47,900 bases of DNA, from assembly GCA_046754105.1 (NCBI GenBank), contig JBHHVD010000009.1, forward strand, positions 1-47,900, written 5' to 3'. Below the pieces are notes generated by a model, which was not told the DNA's origin, made no database searches, and was given only the letters and a program-made list of their open reading frames with translations. Source of the stretch: Candidatus Krumholzibacteriia bacterium. Lineage in GTDB: Bacteria > Krumholzibacteriota > Krumholzibacteriia > WVZY01. The position numbers and the translations under genes were made by a program. Shown here in pieces: positions 39,310-47,900 of the stretch (the first letter of the stretch is position 1; every line of letters starts with the position of its first letter).

Positions 39310-41049
39310 ATGTCGATGCGACGCGGCAGGGCGGGAGTCCGGTCCGGATGTGCCGGTATCGGTGTCCGCGGGGCGGCGATCGCGTACGGTGTGACGGCTA
39401 TTATGCTTGCCGCGGCACCCGCGGCCGGCCAATCGCTGCGCTTGACAAAACACAACCTGTCCGACAGCGGACCGGGGCCGGTAAAGGCCGTGACCGAGAG
39501 TCGCATATGCATTTTTTGTCATGCACCGCACCGCTCCAGCGGGCAGCCGCCACTTTGGAACCGCTCCGACGGCCGCGTCACATATCTCGTCTATGATTCG
39601 CCGACGCTCCAGGCCCAGGCCGGCCAGCCCACGGGTGCGAGCCGTCTGTGCCTGTCCTGTCATGACGGGACCATCGCCCTCGGGGAAATCGTATCGGAGG
39701 CCAACCAGATCCAGTTTCAGGGTGGCACGGTGTTCCTGCCCCCCGGCCATTCGCTGCTCGACGTGAACCTTGCGGACGATCACCCGGTGTCGTTTGCGTT
39801 CGACGAAGCACTGGCCATCTCGGACCCGGAACTCGTTTCTCCATCATCGCTGCCCGCTACGCTGCCGTTGGATAATGACGGGCAAATGCAGTGCACGAGT
39901 TGTCATGACTCGCACAATAATGACTTTGGTGATTTCTTGCGGATGAGCCCCCTCTTCTCTCAGCTGTGTGTTGGATGCCACCAGAAAAACGGCTGGACGG
40001 GCTCGATTCACGATGTGTCGACCGCCACGTGGGACGGATCCGGGGTCGATCCGTGGCCGCACGCGGACGGCGCGACCGTGGCCGAGAACGGCTGCATGAA
40101 CTGCCACCAGGCCCACGAGGCCGGCCAGCCGCCGCAGCTACTCAATCATATGCAGGAGGAGAACAATTGCCTGACGTGCCACGATGGCAGCGTTGGAAGC
40201 GACATCAACAGCGCGTTGTCGCTTTTTAGCCGGCACCCCGTGGCGGAGCAGACGGGGGTCCACCAGCCGGGAGAGGATCCCCTGACGATGCCACGGCACG
40301 TCGAGTGCACGGACTGCCACAATCCGCACGCCGCCGCGACCGATCGGCCTCCACCCCCGGCGGCGCCCGGCTCCCTGCGGTTCGTGGATGGCATCGACAT
40401 CAACGGAAATCCGGTCGGTGCGGTAAGCTACAGCTACGAGGTCTGCCTCAAGTGCCACGGGGACGCCCACGGTACCGGCCAGGTCGTTACCCGGGTCATC
40501 AACAATCTCAACACGCGGCAGGAGTTCAACCCCTCCGGCATCTCGTACCATCCGGTCGCTGCCGCGGGAAAGAACCCGAACGCGCCTTCATTGATTCCGC
40601 CGTGGACGGAAAGCAGAATCATGAGTTGCGATGATTGCCACAGCTCTCAAAGCGGCCTGCCCCGCGGGCCGCACGGATCCGATAACCGCCCGCTGCTCAA
40701 ACTGAACTATGACACCGTAGATTTCACGCGAGAGTCCTCACAGGCCTACGCGCTATGTTATTCGTGCCACGACCGGCAGTCCATCCTCAACGGAGACAGT
40801 TTCAAACTGCACAAGAAACATATAGAAGGGGAAGATGCGCCCTGTTCGACGTGTCATGATCCACACGGAATCTCCGCCGGAACCGGCACCCCGTCGCGAA
40901 ACAGCCACTTGATAAACTTCAACCAGACGGTTGTTTTTCCCGATCCGAATACGGGCCGGTTGGAGTTCAACGACCTCGGCGACCGGACGGGAGAATGTTA
41001 CCTCGAGTGTCACGGCAAGAAACACAGTCCAAAAGACTACAAGCCATAG
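39310..41049 (+). CDS. Multiheme cytochrome c (11 CXXCH plus a terminal CX3CH)
   Basis: CIFCH, CLSCH, CTSCH, CVGCH, CMNCH, CLTCH, CTDCH, CLKCH, CDDCH, CYSCH, CSTCH and CYLECH; N-terminal signal peptide. Confidence 0.93.
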   Translation: MSMRRGRAGVRSGCAGIGVRGAAIAYGVTAIMLAAAPAAGQSLRLTKHNLSDSGPGPVKAVTESRICIFCHAPHRSSGQPPLWNRSDGRVTYLVYDSPTLQAQAGQPTGASRLCLSCHDGTIALGEIVSEANQIQFQGGTVFLPPGHSLLDVNLADDHPVSFAFDEALAISDPELVSPSSLPATLPLDNDGQMQCTSCHDSHNNDFGDFLRMSPLFSQLCVGCHQKNGWTGSIHDVSTATWDGSGVDPWPHADGATVAENGCMNCHQAHEAGQPPQLLNHMQEENNCLTCHDGSVGSDINSALSLFSRHPVAEQTGVHQPGEDPLTMPRHVECTDCHNPHAAATDRPPPPAAPGSLRFVDGIDINGNPVGAVSYSYEVCLKCHGDAHGTGQVVTRVINNLNTRQEFNPSGISYHPVAAAGKNPNAPSLIPPWTESRIMSCDDCHSSQSGLPRGPHGSDNRPLLKLNYDTVDFTRESSQAYALCYSCHDRQSILNGDSFKLHKKHIEGEDAPCSTCHDPHGISAGTGTPSRNSHLINFNQTVVFPDPNTGRLEFNDLGDRTGECYLECHGKKHSPKDYKP

Positions 41050-41192
41050 CCCAAGCGCCCGCGGGTGTCTCCAGCCTGAATCGCATGGGGATGGATCTGC
41101 CGAGCCGGCGGGACCGGCGCCACGAGGAATACGTGGCGGGACTTGCACGGATGGATGATCGACGAACGTTCCAGCGTGAGGAACGATGGCCG

Positions 41193-44100
41193 TCAGGCAG
41201 AACCACCGCGCGCCTGGTACTCCACCGGCTGGCCGGCCGCCATGCGAGGCCGGGCCACGGCCGAGGCGCCCGCGACGACCCTCTTTATGATCCGCAGTTT
41301 GATATCGCGCCGCTTCTTCGTTTCGCGCACGTCGACGTGCTCCCACGGGCCGAACGCCTCGATGAGACGCCCGGCGATCAGGTGCTCCGTGAAGCTCCGG
41401 GTGAAGGCTTCCCCCTCGAGTGTCTCGAGTTCGCGCATCAGGGCGTCGATCTCTCGGTCGGGCCCATCCAGCAGCAACTGTACCCTTTCGCCGTCGACAT
41501 CGCTGCCCAGGACCAGGCCCAGCCGGTATATATCCCGCACCAGGCTCAGAGGCGTGTTTCTGCCGCCCCGACCGTACTCGAGGTTGAGAACCGGGCGGGA
41601 AATGGCGGCCTGGGTTTCCACGGCCAGCGGCGTGAGCTCGGCGCCGTACGAGTTCGCCCGGTCCATGACGATAACCGTCTTTGCCTCGCCGAGGCTGCGC
41701 CGCATTTCCCGCGCGGGAAAAGGACGGTACGTCTTCGGAGCAAACAAGCCCACTTTCATCCCCTGGTCCCGCAGTTCATCCACCGCGTCCATCGCGGTTC
41801 CTTCGGTGGATCCCATAGCTACCACGATCACGTCGGCATCGTCGACGTGATAGGTGCGGGCTCGTTCATAGCGTCTGCCCGTTAGTGCGGCGAATTCCTC
41901 GAAGACCTCCTCGACAATACGCGGCAGCGCTTTTTGCGCCTCGGCCAGTGTGCGCACGTGTTCCGAGTAATAATCCTGGAGGGCCACGGGGTTGTAGGTG
42001 CCGCCCGTCTTGAGCAGAGAATACTCGGGATCGTATTCACCGACGAACGATTGTACCTCCTCGTCGCTCAGCGTATCGAGCATGTCCTTGTTGTGGGTGA
42101 CGATGAACCCGTCCTGCGCGATAAACGCGGGCAGTTCCGCGCGTTCGGCCGTTTTCTGGGCGATGATGGCAAAATCATACGCCTCCTGCGCGTTGCGCGC
42201 CATGAAATGGATCCAGCCGTCGTCCCGGTATTGATAGAAGTCCGTATGTCCCGCGTGGATGCTGAGCGGCGCGTTGGTCTCGCGGGCCCCGACGTTGACG
42301 ACAACGGGAAGCCGTAACGACGCGGCCAGGAGCCCCCCCTCTTTGCCGAGCAACATGCCCTGTGAGGCCGTTGACGTAACGGCACGTACGCCGGCGGCGG
42401 CGGCGGCGATAATAGTTATGAACGACGAGTGCTCGGATTCGGTGTGCACGAACTCCGTATCGACCTTGCCGTCCGCCCAGAACCGCGAAAAAGTCTCTCC
42501 GACCTCGGTGCTCGGCGTAATCGGAAACATCGCAAAAACGCCGGGATTGATTTGCCTCCAGGCCTCGGCGATCGCCTCGGAGCCCGTCATCAGTTTGGCG
42601 GGCGGTGATTGCTCGAAGCCGGGCGCCTCGGTACGGTTCTCTTCGCCCGTACCGCTCGCACCGGACAACTCGGCCGCATCGTAGGTGCTCCAGAACGCCT
42701 CTACGTTGCTGCGGACGATCTTCGCCGTGTTCGCTTTGCCCGCGAACTCCTTGGTCAGCAGCAGCGCCCATCCCTCGCGGAGATAATCGTCGGGAAAACC
42801 GACACCGCGGTTCACCAGTGCTTTCAAGACGCAGGCCAGCAGTGTGACCGTCTCCGGCACGCGCAGGGACTCGCGCGTAGCGGACGCATTCGTTACGACG
42901 AGCGCCAGCGTTTCGGGAATCCCGTATTTTGCCCGTGCCTCTTCCACGGGCAGTGGTGTGTTTAGGATAACGACCCCGCCCGGGACGACGCGATCCCGCC
43001 ATTGGGCGGTCGGCCAGCCGGGATCATCCGGGTTGCCGACGATGCTGACGAAATAATCCTCAAAGCTCGCCTGGGTCCTCAGCTCTTTGCCGCTGATCGT
43101 GAAATTCGTTCCGACCGGTGCCCCGCGGCGCTCCGGCCCGTAGTCGGGAGCCGCCTTGCCGAAAATCCCTATTTCCTTGAGGAGACTGACAAAGAGCTTC
43201 GCCGCCGTCACACCGCCGTCACCCGCGCGGGCGAAGATCCTCCCGGCCAGAGGGTGGGAACCGATCGCCGCCCGGGTTTGGCGTTTCTCCCCCTCGTCCA
43301 TCGCCGCCTGGATCACGGCTTCGTGAGCCTCCTTTTCTTCGCCGATCGCGGCCGCTTTTGCCGTTGCCTGCCTCCTGAGGGCCCGTCGATCCTCGATAAG
43401 GGTCCTGTATTCTTCGATGAAGACACGGTAGAGTTTTTCCCTGAGTTCGGGGTCCTTGAGCTTGTAGTCCTCCGTGTCCAGGCTGCGGCGGACGTTGTCG
43501 AAGACTCTCTGCAGGAGCGGCTTCGGCCGTCCGCCTTCGTCCAGCCACGACAGCTCGTCCATGTAGGACTGCGTGTAACCGGCGAGACCGAACAGGTGGG
43601 GTTTGGTCGTCAGGTCTTTGAGGCGTTTTGCATTCTGCTCCCGCAGGTACTCGGTCAGTTCCTCCATCAAGCGGTCTCTTTTACGCGTCAGTCCGTCTTC
43701 AGCCTGCAGTGTCCGCCAATTCATCAGCAGCTGGCGTTCGAGTTCACGGTACTGCATTTCGTGCTCTCGCGAGACGAAGTTGCCCTGCTTATCGAAATGC
43801 TGGGCGAAGCGTCCTTCCGTCCGGAGCCACTGGAGGAGCGTAGTCTTGTTTTCGGGCCGGACGCGGGGGTTGTACACACTCGGTTCGGGCCGGCTCAGCC
43901 TCGTCTCTCCCTTTTCGATCTCGAATAGCGGCCAGAACCCGCATTCGACGGCGAGTTGTGACTGCTCCGATGTAAGCTCCGTGTCCGTCCGGTGACCCGT
44001 CGTGCAATTGCTGTAGCAAACGACAAAGGCCGGCCCGTCGTGCTGAATCGCTTTCTTCAATTTGTTTACGAAGTCTATCTGGTGGGAGGGAGATACCCTC

Positions 44101-45962
44101 GCTACGTAGACGCTGTTGTGAGCACCGGCGATATGCTCGATATCTTTTCTGAACTGCGGCTTGCCCGGAATCACGTCACCAATGGGGGAGGTGCTGGTGG
44201 CCGCGCCCATCGGAGTAGCACTGGACCGCTGGATACCGGTGTTCATGTAGGCGCCGTTATCGTAGCAGAAGTACACCGAGTCCCGGGCGAGGCCCCGCTC
44301 GAGAAAACCGCTCAACGCCTGCAGGCCGATATCGTACGTGCCTCCGTCGCCTGCCCAGCCAAAGATCTTCAACTTCTTCTCGATCAGTCCGCGTTTGCGC
44401 AAGTACCGGTACGCCGCGTCCACGCCCTCCAGGTTGGCGCCCAGCCCGCCGAATGTCGTGTGCAGCCAGTTCGGCCACGCGGTGTCCGGGTAGATGGTCG
44501 TCGCTACTTCGGCACAGCCGGTGGCGCCGCTATAGATGCCTTCCAGTTCGGGGTCCAGATCATGCATGGCCTTTATCACCAGATTGAAGGCCGTGGCCAC
44601 CGGACAGCCGGCGCAGAGCCTGTGGCCGGAAGTTACGTCACCTTCCTGTTCCTGCAGCTGGGCCAGAGGCCGGTCGTCCTCTACCGTCTCCGGAGCCGGC
44701 ATCGCATCCTCTACTTCGGAAATGATGCTTTCGAGCGAGTCGTCGCGCGTGCGATTCGGCATGAACGGAGCCCTGAGCACGCCGACCTTGTCCATGATCA
44801 ACTTGTCCTGCTCCACGGTTATTGCGTCGTACCGAGCGGTGACCACGGCGTCGAACGAAGTATCGGCTCGCTCGATCATGGACTCCAGGGTTGCGTCCGC
44901 CAGCACGTCCGCTTTTTCGAAAGCACCGTGCGCAGCGGATCTGCCCGGCACGGGGACCGCGGTGATCCAGAACCCATCCAGCTGCAGCCGGGCGGCCAGC
45001 GCCTGGTCGTGTTCGCTCGTCCCGTAGACGAGAATCGTGCCCAGTGGACGGACAATCTTCTTCCATTGCTTGCCGTCCTCGCTTGAGAACGTGCAGAGCA
45101 GCGGCCGCGATTCCGCGCCGTGGCCGTTCGGCGAATGAAGCACCTGCAGAATCCGCTGGCCCGAGAGGGATTTCTTTCCCGACGTGTCGCTGTATATCAA
45201 CTCGCCCGCGTCCCCGGTGCCGCGGGCCATATGCTCCGCTTCCCGTTTTACGAGATTGCCCGTGATCTCGATCCGCTTGCCGTAGACGCCGTCGAACACT
45301 TTGGGTTGCGCGGCCTTGACCAGCTTTTCATCCACCATCTCTATGGCGAGGGCGTCCGGCGGACAGACGTAGTGACACATCGCACAGCCCTTGCAATAAT
45401 CGTAGTCCACGATGTTGAGCTTGCCGGTGACCGGGTCCATTCGAATGGCACCCTCGGGGCACCAGATACCGCACTGTTGGCAGGTGTTGCACTTTTCCGG
45501 ATCGATGACCGCTACGGTTTTCGCCCACGACCCCGTATACGTCGCCCGGCTCGTAAATTTCTCGCGAATCACCGCCCCGGGCGTTACCTCCTCCCAACCC
45601 CTCTGGCCTCGCGCGAACGGTATCCTCGATTCGGCCTCGAGATACCGTGACAGGAGCGCGCTTTGGGTCCGGGCCTCCGCTGCCTTGGGCCGGCCGCTCG
45701 CCTGCGCCAGCACGGCATTCGTGCCGTCATCGTAATCGGCGACGAGCGCCAGCACCTCGGGACTTTCGCCGGCGGTGACCGCGGCGAAGCGCGCGTCCTT
45801 CCAGCCGTCCTTGAGCGGCCACGAACCCCTGGCTACCATTTTTTGGATGAGTTGCGTGCCGTGTTCACCGAGATAGGATTTGGTGAATTCCCCCACGGCG
45901 ATGCTCTCAATGGTGAGGGTGTCCTCTCCGTGCAGGTTCACAACGCCGAACGGTGTGTGCAT
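41193..45962 (-). CDS. Single-chain 2-oxoacid (probably pyruvate):ferredoxin oxidoreductase, fused delta-beta-gamma-alpha
   Basis: Delta CNTCQQC..CP and CKGCAMC..CP; beta GHRLCAGC, ATGCAE, GDGG, DNGAYMNTG; gamma RAGDGGVTAA, YGPERRGAPV; alpha TGSEAIA, FPITPS, ESEH, TASQG. Confidence 0.9.
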   Translation of the reverse strand: MHTPFGVVNLHGEDTLTIESIAVGEFTKSYLGEHGTQLIQKMVARGSWPLKDGWKDARFAAVTAGESPEVLALVADYDDGTNAVLAQASGRPKAAEARTQSALLSRYLEAESRIPFARGQRGWEEVTPGAVIREKFTSRATYTGSWAKTVAVIDPEKCNTCQQCGIWCPEGAIRMDPVTGKLNIVDYDYCKGCAMCHYVCPPDALAIEMVDEKLVKAAQPKVFDGVYGKRIEITGNLVKREAEHMARGTGDAGELIYSDTSGKKSLSGQRILQVLHSPNGHGAESRPLLCTFSSEDGKQWKKIVRPLGTILVYGTSEHDQALAARLQLDGFWITAVPVPGRSAAHGAFEKADVLADATLESMIERADTSFDAVVTARYDAITVEQDKLIMDKVGVLRAPFMPNRTRDDSLESIISEVEDAMPAPETVEDDRPLAQLQEQEGDVTSGHRLCAGCPVATAFNLVIKAMHDLDPELEGIYSGATGCAEVATTIYPDTAWPNWLHTTFGGLGANLEGVDAAYRYLRKRGLIEKKLKIFGWAGDGGTYDIGLQALSGFLERGLARDSVYFCYDNGAYMNTGIQRSSATPMGAATSTSPIGDVIPGKPQFRKDIEHIAGAHNSVYVARVSPSHQIDFVNKLKKAIQHDGPAFVVCYSNCTTGHRTDTELTSEQSQLAVECGFWPLFEIEKGETRLSRPEPSVYNPRVRPENKTTLLQWLRTEGRFAQHFDKQGNFVSREHEMQYRELERQLLMNWRTLQAEDGLTRKRDRLMEELTEYLREQNAKRLKDLTTKPHLFGLAGYTQSYMDELSWLDEGGRPKPLLQRVFDNVRRSLDTEDYKLKDPELREKLYRVFIEEYRTLIEDRRALRRQATAKAAAIGEEKEAHEAVIQAAMDEGEKRQTRAAIGSHPLAGRIFARAGDGGVTAAKLFVSLLKEIGIFGKAAPDYGPERRGAPVGTNFTISGKELRTQASFEDYFVSIVGNPDDPGWPTAQWRDRVVPGGVVILNTPLPVEEARAKYGIPETLALVVTNASATRESLRVPETVTLLACVLKALVNRGVGFPDDYLREGWALLLTKEFAGKANTAKIVRSNVEAFWSTYDAAELSGASGTGEENRTEAPGFEQSPPAKLMTGSEAIAEAWRQINPGVFAMFPITPSTEVGETFSRFWADGKVDTEFVHTESEHSSFITIIAAAAAGVRAVTSTASQGMLLGKEGGLLAASLRLPVVVNVGARETNAPLSIHAGHTDFYQYRDDGWIHFMARNAQEAYDFAIIAQKTAERAELPAFIAQDGFIVTHNKDMLDTLSDEEVQSFVGEYDPEYSLLKTGGTYNPVALQDYYSEHVRTLAEAQKALPRIVEEVFEEFAALTGRRYERARTYHVDDADVIVVAMGSTEGTAMDAVDELRDQGMKVGLFAPKTYRPFPAREMRRSLGEAKTVIVMDRANSYGAELTPLAVETQAAISRPVLNLEYGRGGRNTPLSLVRDIYRLGLVLGSDVDGERVQLLLDGPDREIDALMRELETLEGEAFTRSFTEHLIAGRLIEAFGPWEHVDVRETKKRRDIKLRIIKRVVAGASAVARPRMAAGQPVEYQARGGSA

Positions 45963-46090
45963 TTCTTGCCTCTCTCAGAAAAATTCCGGGCCGCGTCCGG
46001 CCCCGGTTGGTACGCGTTTCTTCAACATAATGCAATGTTCCCGCCAGGAAAAGTTCGAACATGGTCGAGTCAGCGGAGCTGTGAGGTTGG

Positions 46091-46108
46091 AATTGACATA
46101 AGTCAATT
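46091..46108. promoter_or_regulatory. Crp/Fnr-family binding palindrome upstream of the oxidoreductase
   Basis: AATTGAC-ATAA-GTCAATT. Confidence 0.65.
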
Positions 46109-46146
46109 AACGGCGTCCGCAAGAAAGAAAGCGTGCGGATACCGGA

Positions 46147-47181
46147 CTAGAGCCCGGGTGCGTCCCGGTGCAGCTTGTCCCAGGTGCCGCCGTAGACGAA
46201 ATCGCGAATGTGCTCCTGGCCGAGAAAATTGTGCGGAAACCCCAGGTCGACGCGGCTCACTTCATCGAGGCGCTCGAGCTGGGCGGGGTCGAGTGTCACC
46301 TCGAGTGCGCCGAGATTATCCTCCAGTTGGGCGAGATTACGAGCGCCGACGAGCGGGATGACGATACCGGGCTGCTGCCGGACCCAGCTGATCGCCACCT
46401 GTGCCGGCGAGCACCCGATTTTGGCGGCCACGTCCACCACGGTGCGGGCGATTTCCAGGTTGCGATCGACGGTGGCGGCGCCTTCCCTGGCGCGGCCTTT
46501 CTGCGGCGGGTTCTTGGCGTTGTACTTGCCGCTGAGCACCCCCGCGGCGAGGACGCTCCACGGTGTGACGGCCATGTCGTACGCCCGCGCCATCGGCAGC
46601 AGGTCGGCCTCCACCGTGCGGTCCACGAGGCTGTAACGGACCTGCAGGCCCACAAAGCGGGACCAGCCCCGCAACTCCGCCAGCGTGTTCGCCCGCGATA
46701 CGATCCACGCGGGCGTGTCGGAGACGCCGATATGCAGGGCCTTGCCGGCCCGCACGATATCGTCCAGAGCGCGCATCACCTCGTCCACCGCGGTCGTGAA
46801 ATCCCAGGCGTGCACCCAGTACAGGTCGACGTATTGCGTGCCGAGCCGCTTCAGGCTCGCATCCAGGGCCTGCACCATGTTCTTACGGTGGTTGCCGCTG
46901 AAGTTGGGGTCATCGCGCCGCGTGAAGAGCGTGTACTTGGTGGCAACCACGAAGTGCTCGCGGTCACTCTTGACGAATTCGCCCACGTACTTTTCACTGG
47001 TGCCCTCCGTGTAGCGGTTCGCCGTATCGATGAAATTGCCGCCGGCCTCGGCGAAGGCCTCGAACATCTTTCGGCTTTCATCCCTGGATGCGCCCCACCC
47101 CCACTCCTCGCCGAACGTCATGGCCCCGAGTGCCAGCTCCGACACGCGAAGGCCGCTGCGACCCAATAACCTGTATTTCAT
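46147..47181 (-). CDS. Aldo/keto reductase
   Basis: [70 protein letters not shown]. Confidence 0.95.
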   Translation of the reverse strand: MKYRLLGRSGLRVSELALGAMTFGEEWGWGASRDESRKMFEAFAEAGGNFIDTANRYTEGTSEKYVGEFVKSDREHFVVATKYTLFTRRDDPNFSGNHRKNMVQALDASLKRLGTQYVDLYWVHAWDFTTAVDEVMRALDDIVRAGKALHIGVSDTPAWIVSRANTLAELRGWSRFVGLQVRYSLVDRTVEADLLPMARAYDMAVTPWSVLAAGVLSGKYNAKNPPQKGRAREGAATVDRNLEIARTVVDVAAKIGCSPAQVAISWVRQQPGIVIPLVGARNLAQLEDNLGALEVTLDPAQLERLDEVSRVDLGFPHNFLGQEHIRDFVYGGTWDKLHRDAPGL

Positions 47182-47442
47182 TTCGACCCTTTCGTTCGAT
47201 ACACGTGCGCTCCGTCTCGACGCGCGGCCGCAGGCGGCAGACCAGGCGCACGCGCACCGGATGTCGTTTCCGCGCGTGGTGGAGCGCGCGCCGCGCTGCA
47301 AGCATACCACGAATCACGCGCCAAGCATAATCCATTGCCAAGAAGCAAGTTGGTACTTACGCCGCCGCGTGGTACAATCAACTGCCGGCTCGTCGTGCGC
47401 GAGGCGGAGTGGCGGATGTTTCAATCGATCAAGGAGACAGGC

Positions 47443-47900
47443 ATGGCCGATAAAGACGGTACTCAGGACGCGCATGAATACCACACCGATATCCCGATGA
47501 AATGCGAGCCGTTCGCGTTGAGAGGCTCGAACTCCCTGGACTGGGGAATGAAGAACCGCCTCTCCAGCATCTTCGATCCGGACACCAACCGCACCGTCAT
47601 GCTCGCGATCGACCACGGTTACTTTCTGGGCCCCACGTCGGGCCTCGAGCGGGTCGACATCAATATCGTGCCGCTGCTGCCGTACGCGGACACGCTGATG
47701 TGTACGCGCGGGATCCTTCGCTCGACCATACCGCCGACCTTCACGCGCGGCGTCGTTCTCCGGGCCAGCGGCGGTCCCAGCATTCTGGGGGAGCTGTCCG
47801 ACGAGGAGATCGCGGTCGATATCGAAGACGCGGTCCGTCTCAACGTCGCCGCCATGGCCGTGCAGGTGTTCATCGGCGGCGAGTTCGAAACCCGATCGAT
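47443..47900 (+). CDS. lsrF: LsrF-like class I aldolase-fold thiolase (partial, runs off the window; absent from the ORF track)
   Basis: [22 protein letters not shown]...[27 protein letters not shown]...[10 protein letters not shown]...VLRASGG.SIL.ELS.E...DAVRLN. Confidence 0.9.
   Translation, partial: MADKDGTQDAHEYHTDIPMKCEPFALRGSNSLDWGMKNRLSSIFDPDTNRTVMLAIDHGYFLGPTSGLERVDINIVPLLPYADTLMCTRGILRSTIPPTFTRGVVLRASGGPSILGELSDEEIAVDIEDAVRLNVAAMAVQVFIGGEFETRS

Noticed and set aside
39310..39345. Twin-arginine (MRRGR) in the 12-heme signal peptide
   Set aside because: It lacks the RRxFLK consensus, and c-type cytochromes are Sec-exported.
1..47900. CRISPR arrays, tRNA/rRNA genes, prophage or integrase genes
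   Set aside because: None recognised by eye; small structured RNAs cannot be excluded without covariance searches.

Overview
This is a GC-rich bacterial chromosomal window. Its likely origin is an FCB-superphylum candidate lineage such as Krumholzibacteriota or Eisenbacteria, inferred from a FlgD/T9SS-type C-terminal domain and a TWGxVKxLY C-terminal motif. The left end is a scar of three IS3-family remnants around an attC-like site and a higBA toxin-antitoxin pair. It is followed by a secreted beta-helix protein, a Wolinella-type frdCAB, typA, a Ser/Thr kinase-TPR protein, an ArsR-CPBP-DoxX stress cluster with gene remnants, dcp, an SBP/HK/sigma54-RR/TPR module, an ECF sigma/anti-sigma pair and an esterase. 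The highlight is 30.1-41.0 kb. There a diheme-c sensor kinase and a sigma54 activator lie upstream of a clear -24/-12 promoter with paired enhancer palindromes. The promoter drives an operon of an OmcE-like tetraheme cytochrome, an NHL lipoprotein, a pentaheme cytochrome, an outer-membrane beta-barrel, a second NHL lipoprotein and a 12-heme cytochrome that begins with its own OmcE-like module. This is a candidate cytochrome-nanowire/porin extracellular electron transfer system. Convergent on it is a 1589-aa single-chain 2-oxoacid:ferredoxin oxidoreductase with an unusual delta-beta-gamma-alpha order, under an Fnr-like box. An aldo-keto reductase and a partial lsrF close the window. Family assignments come from recalled motifs; no searches were run.
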